The notes beneath the pieces were generated by a model, which saw only the letters and a list, made by a program, of their open reading frames with translations, was not told where the DNA came from and made no database searches. The position numbers and the translations under genes are program-made. A stretch of 64,000 nt of DNA from positions 40,373-104,372 of the forward strand of contig CAUSBS010000003.1 in the NCBI GenBank assembly GCA_963530135.1. Direction: 5' to 3'. Positions 63,851 through 64,000 of the stretch are shown in pieces; positions within the stretch are counted from its first letter, which is position 1, and every line of letters starts with the position of its first letter. Source of the stretch: an uncultured Candidatus Saccharibacteria bacterium (GTDB lineage Bacteria > Patescibacteriota > Saccharimonadia > Saccharimonadales > Saccharimonadaceae).

Positions 63851-64000
63851 ATGCAGCCGAATCAACAGCAATCATATCAATATCCATCAGATGCAGCTGC
63901 TGCATCACAGTTTGGTGCGCCGTCAAATCCGCCGACCATGCCGGGAGTTATTGCCTCTGGGCCCGACCCAGTCTCCGCAGAACCAACATCGCCGTACGCC
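63851..64000 (+). CDS. 5' end of a further ORF (Gln/Pro/Ser-rich N-terminus), truncated by the window edge
   Basis: My translation is MQPNQQQSYQYPSDAAAASQFGAPSNPPTMPGVIASGPDPVSAEPTSPYA, behind an AGGTGGG SD and with no stop. By position it could be a VirB4/PrgJ-type ATPase, but that cannot be seen from the sequence. Confidence 0.4.
   Translation, partial: MQPNQQQSYQYPSDAAAASQFGAPSNPPTMPGVIASGPDPVSAEPTSPYA

Noticed and set aside
53345-64000. Interpreting the T4SS-like locus as a conjugative plasmid or ICE fragment
   Set aside because: No relaxase, T4CP, replication, partition or integrase genes are in the window, and housekeeping genes lie on the upstream flank. This cannot be excluded beyond position 64000.
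1-64000. CRISPR arrays, rRNA genes, IS elements or transposases
   Set aside because: No regularly spaced direct repeats, rRNA-like conserved stretches, or transposase or terminal-inverted-repeat signatures were seen on either strand.

Overview
All calls come from reading the supplied ORF translations and the raw sequence by eye; no searches were run. The window is a gene-dense chromosomal segment of a small-genome bacterium. Its gene content fits Patescibacteria/CPR, most like Saccharibacteria (TM7), but that placement is inference only. Most of it is housekeeping: truB, rpsT, holA, fpg, polA, dnaG-rpoD, orn, pyrH, mscL, argS, pyrG, nrdAB, an ABC exporter pair, pgi, groES-groEL behind a perfect CIRCE operator, murF, murE, tsaD, a FemAB-family transferase, valS, rlmH, comFC, hsp20 and six CCA-encoding tRNAs, including all four tRNA-Ser isoacceptors. 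The main accessory content is a type IV secretion-like locus at 53.3-64 kb. It has six tandem small VirB2/TrbC-like pilin paralogs (a seventh lies at 50.0 kb), a Tat-signal lipoprotein, two giant paralogous VirB6/TrbL-like membrane proteins, a PrgI/VirB3-like protein and a further ORF running off the window. No relaxase, coupling protein or integrase is visible. Other points of interest:
- a kinase-phosphatase-ligase RNA-repair enzyme (Pnkp-like) without Hen1, co-oriented with murE
- a large SGNH hydrolase whose signal peptide is split by an in-frame TGA
- a class Ic-type NrdB (Phe at the radical-Tyr site)
- a DnaG with all four zinc ligands substituted
- a degenerate DHH pseudo-enzyme with a long disordered tail
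- paired perfect 14-bp palindromes in the valS leader
- a recurrent leaderless promoter layout (TGn-extended -10 box 6-9 nt from the ATG) at nine or more genes.
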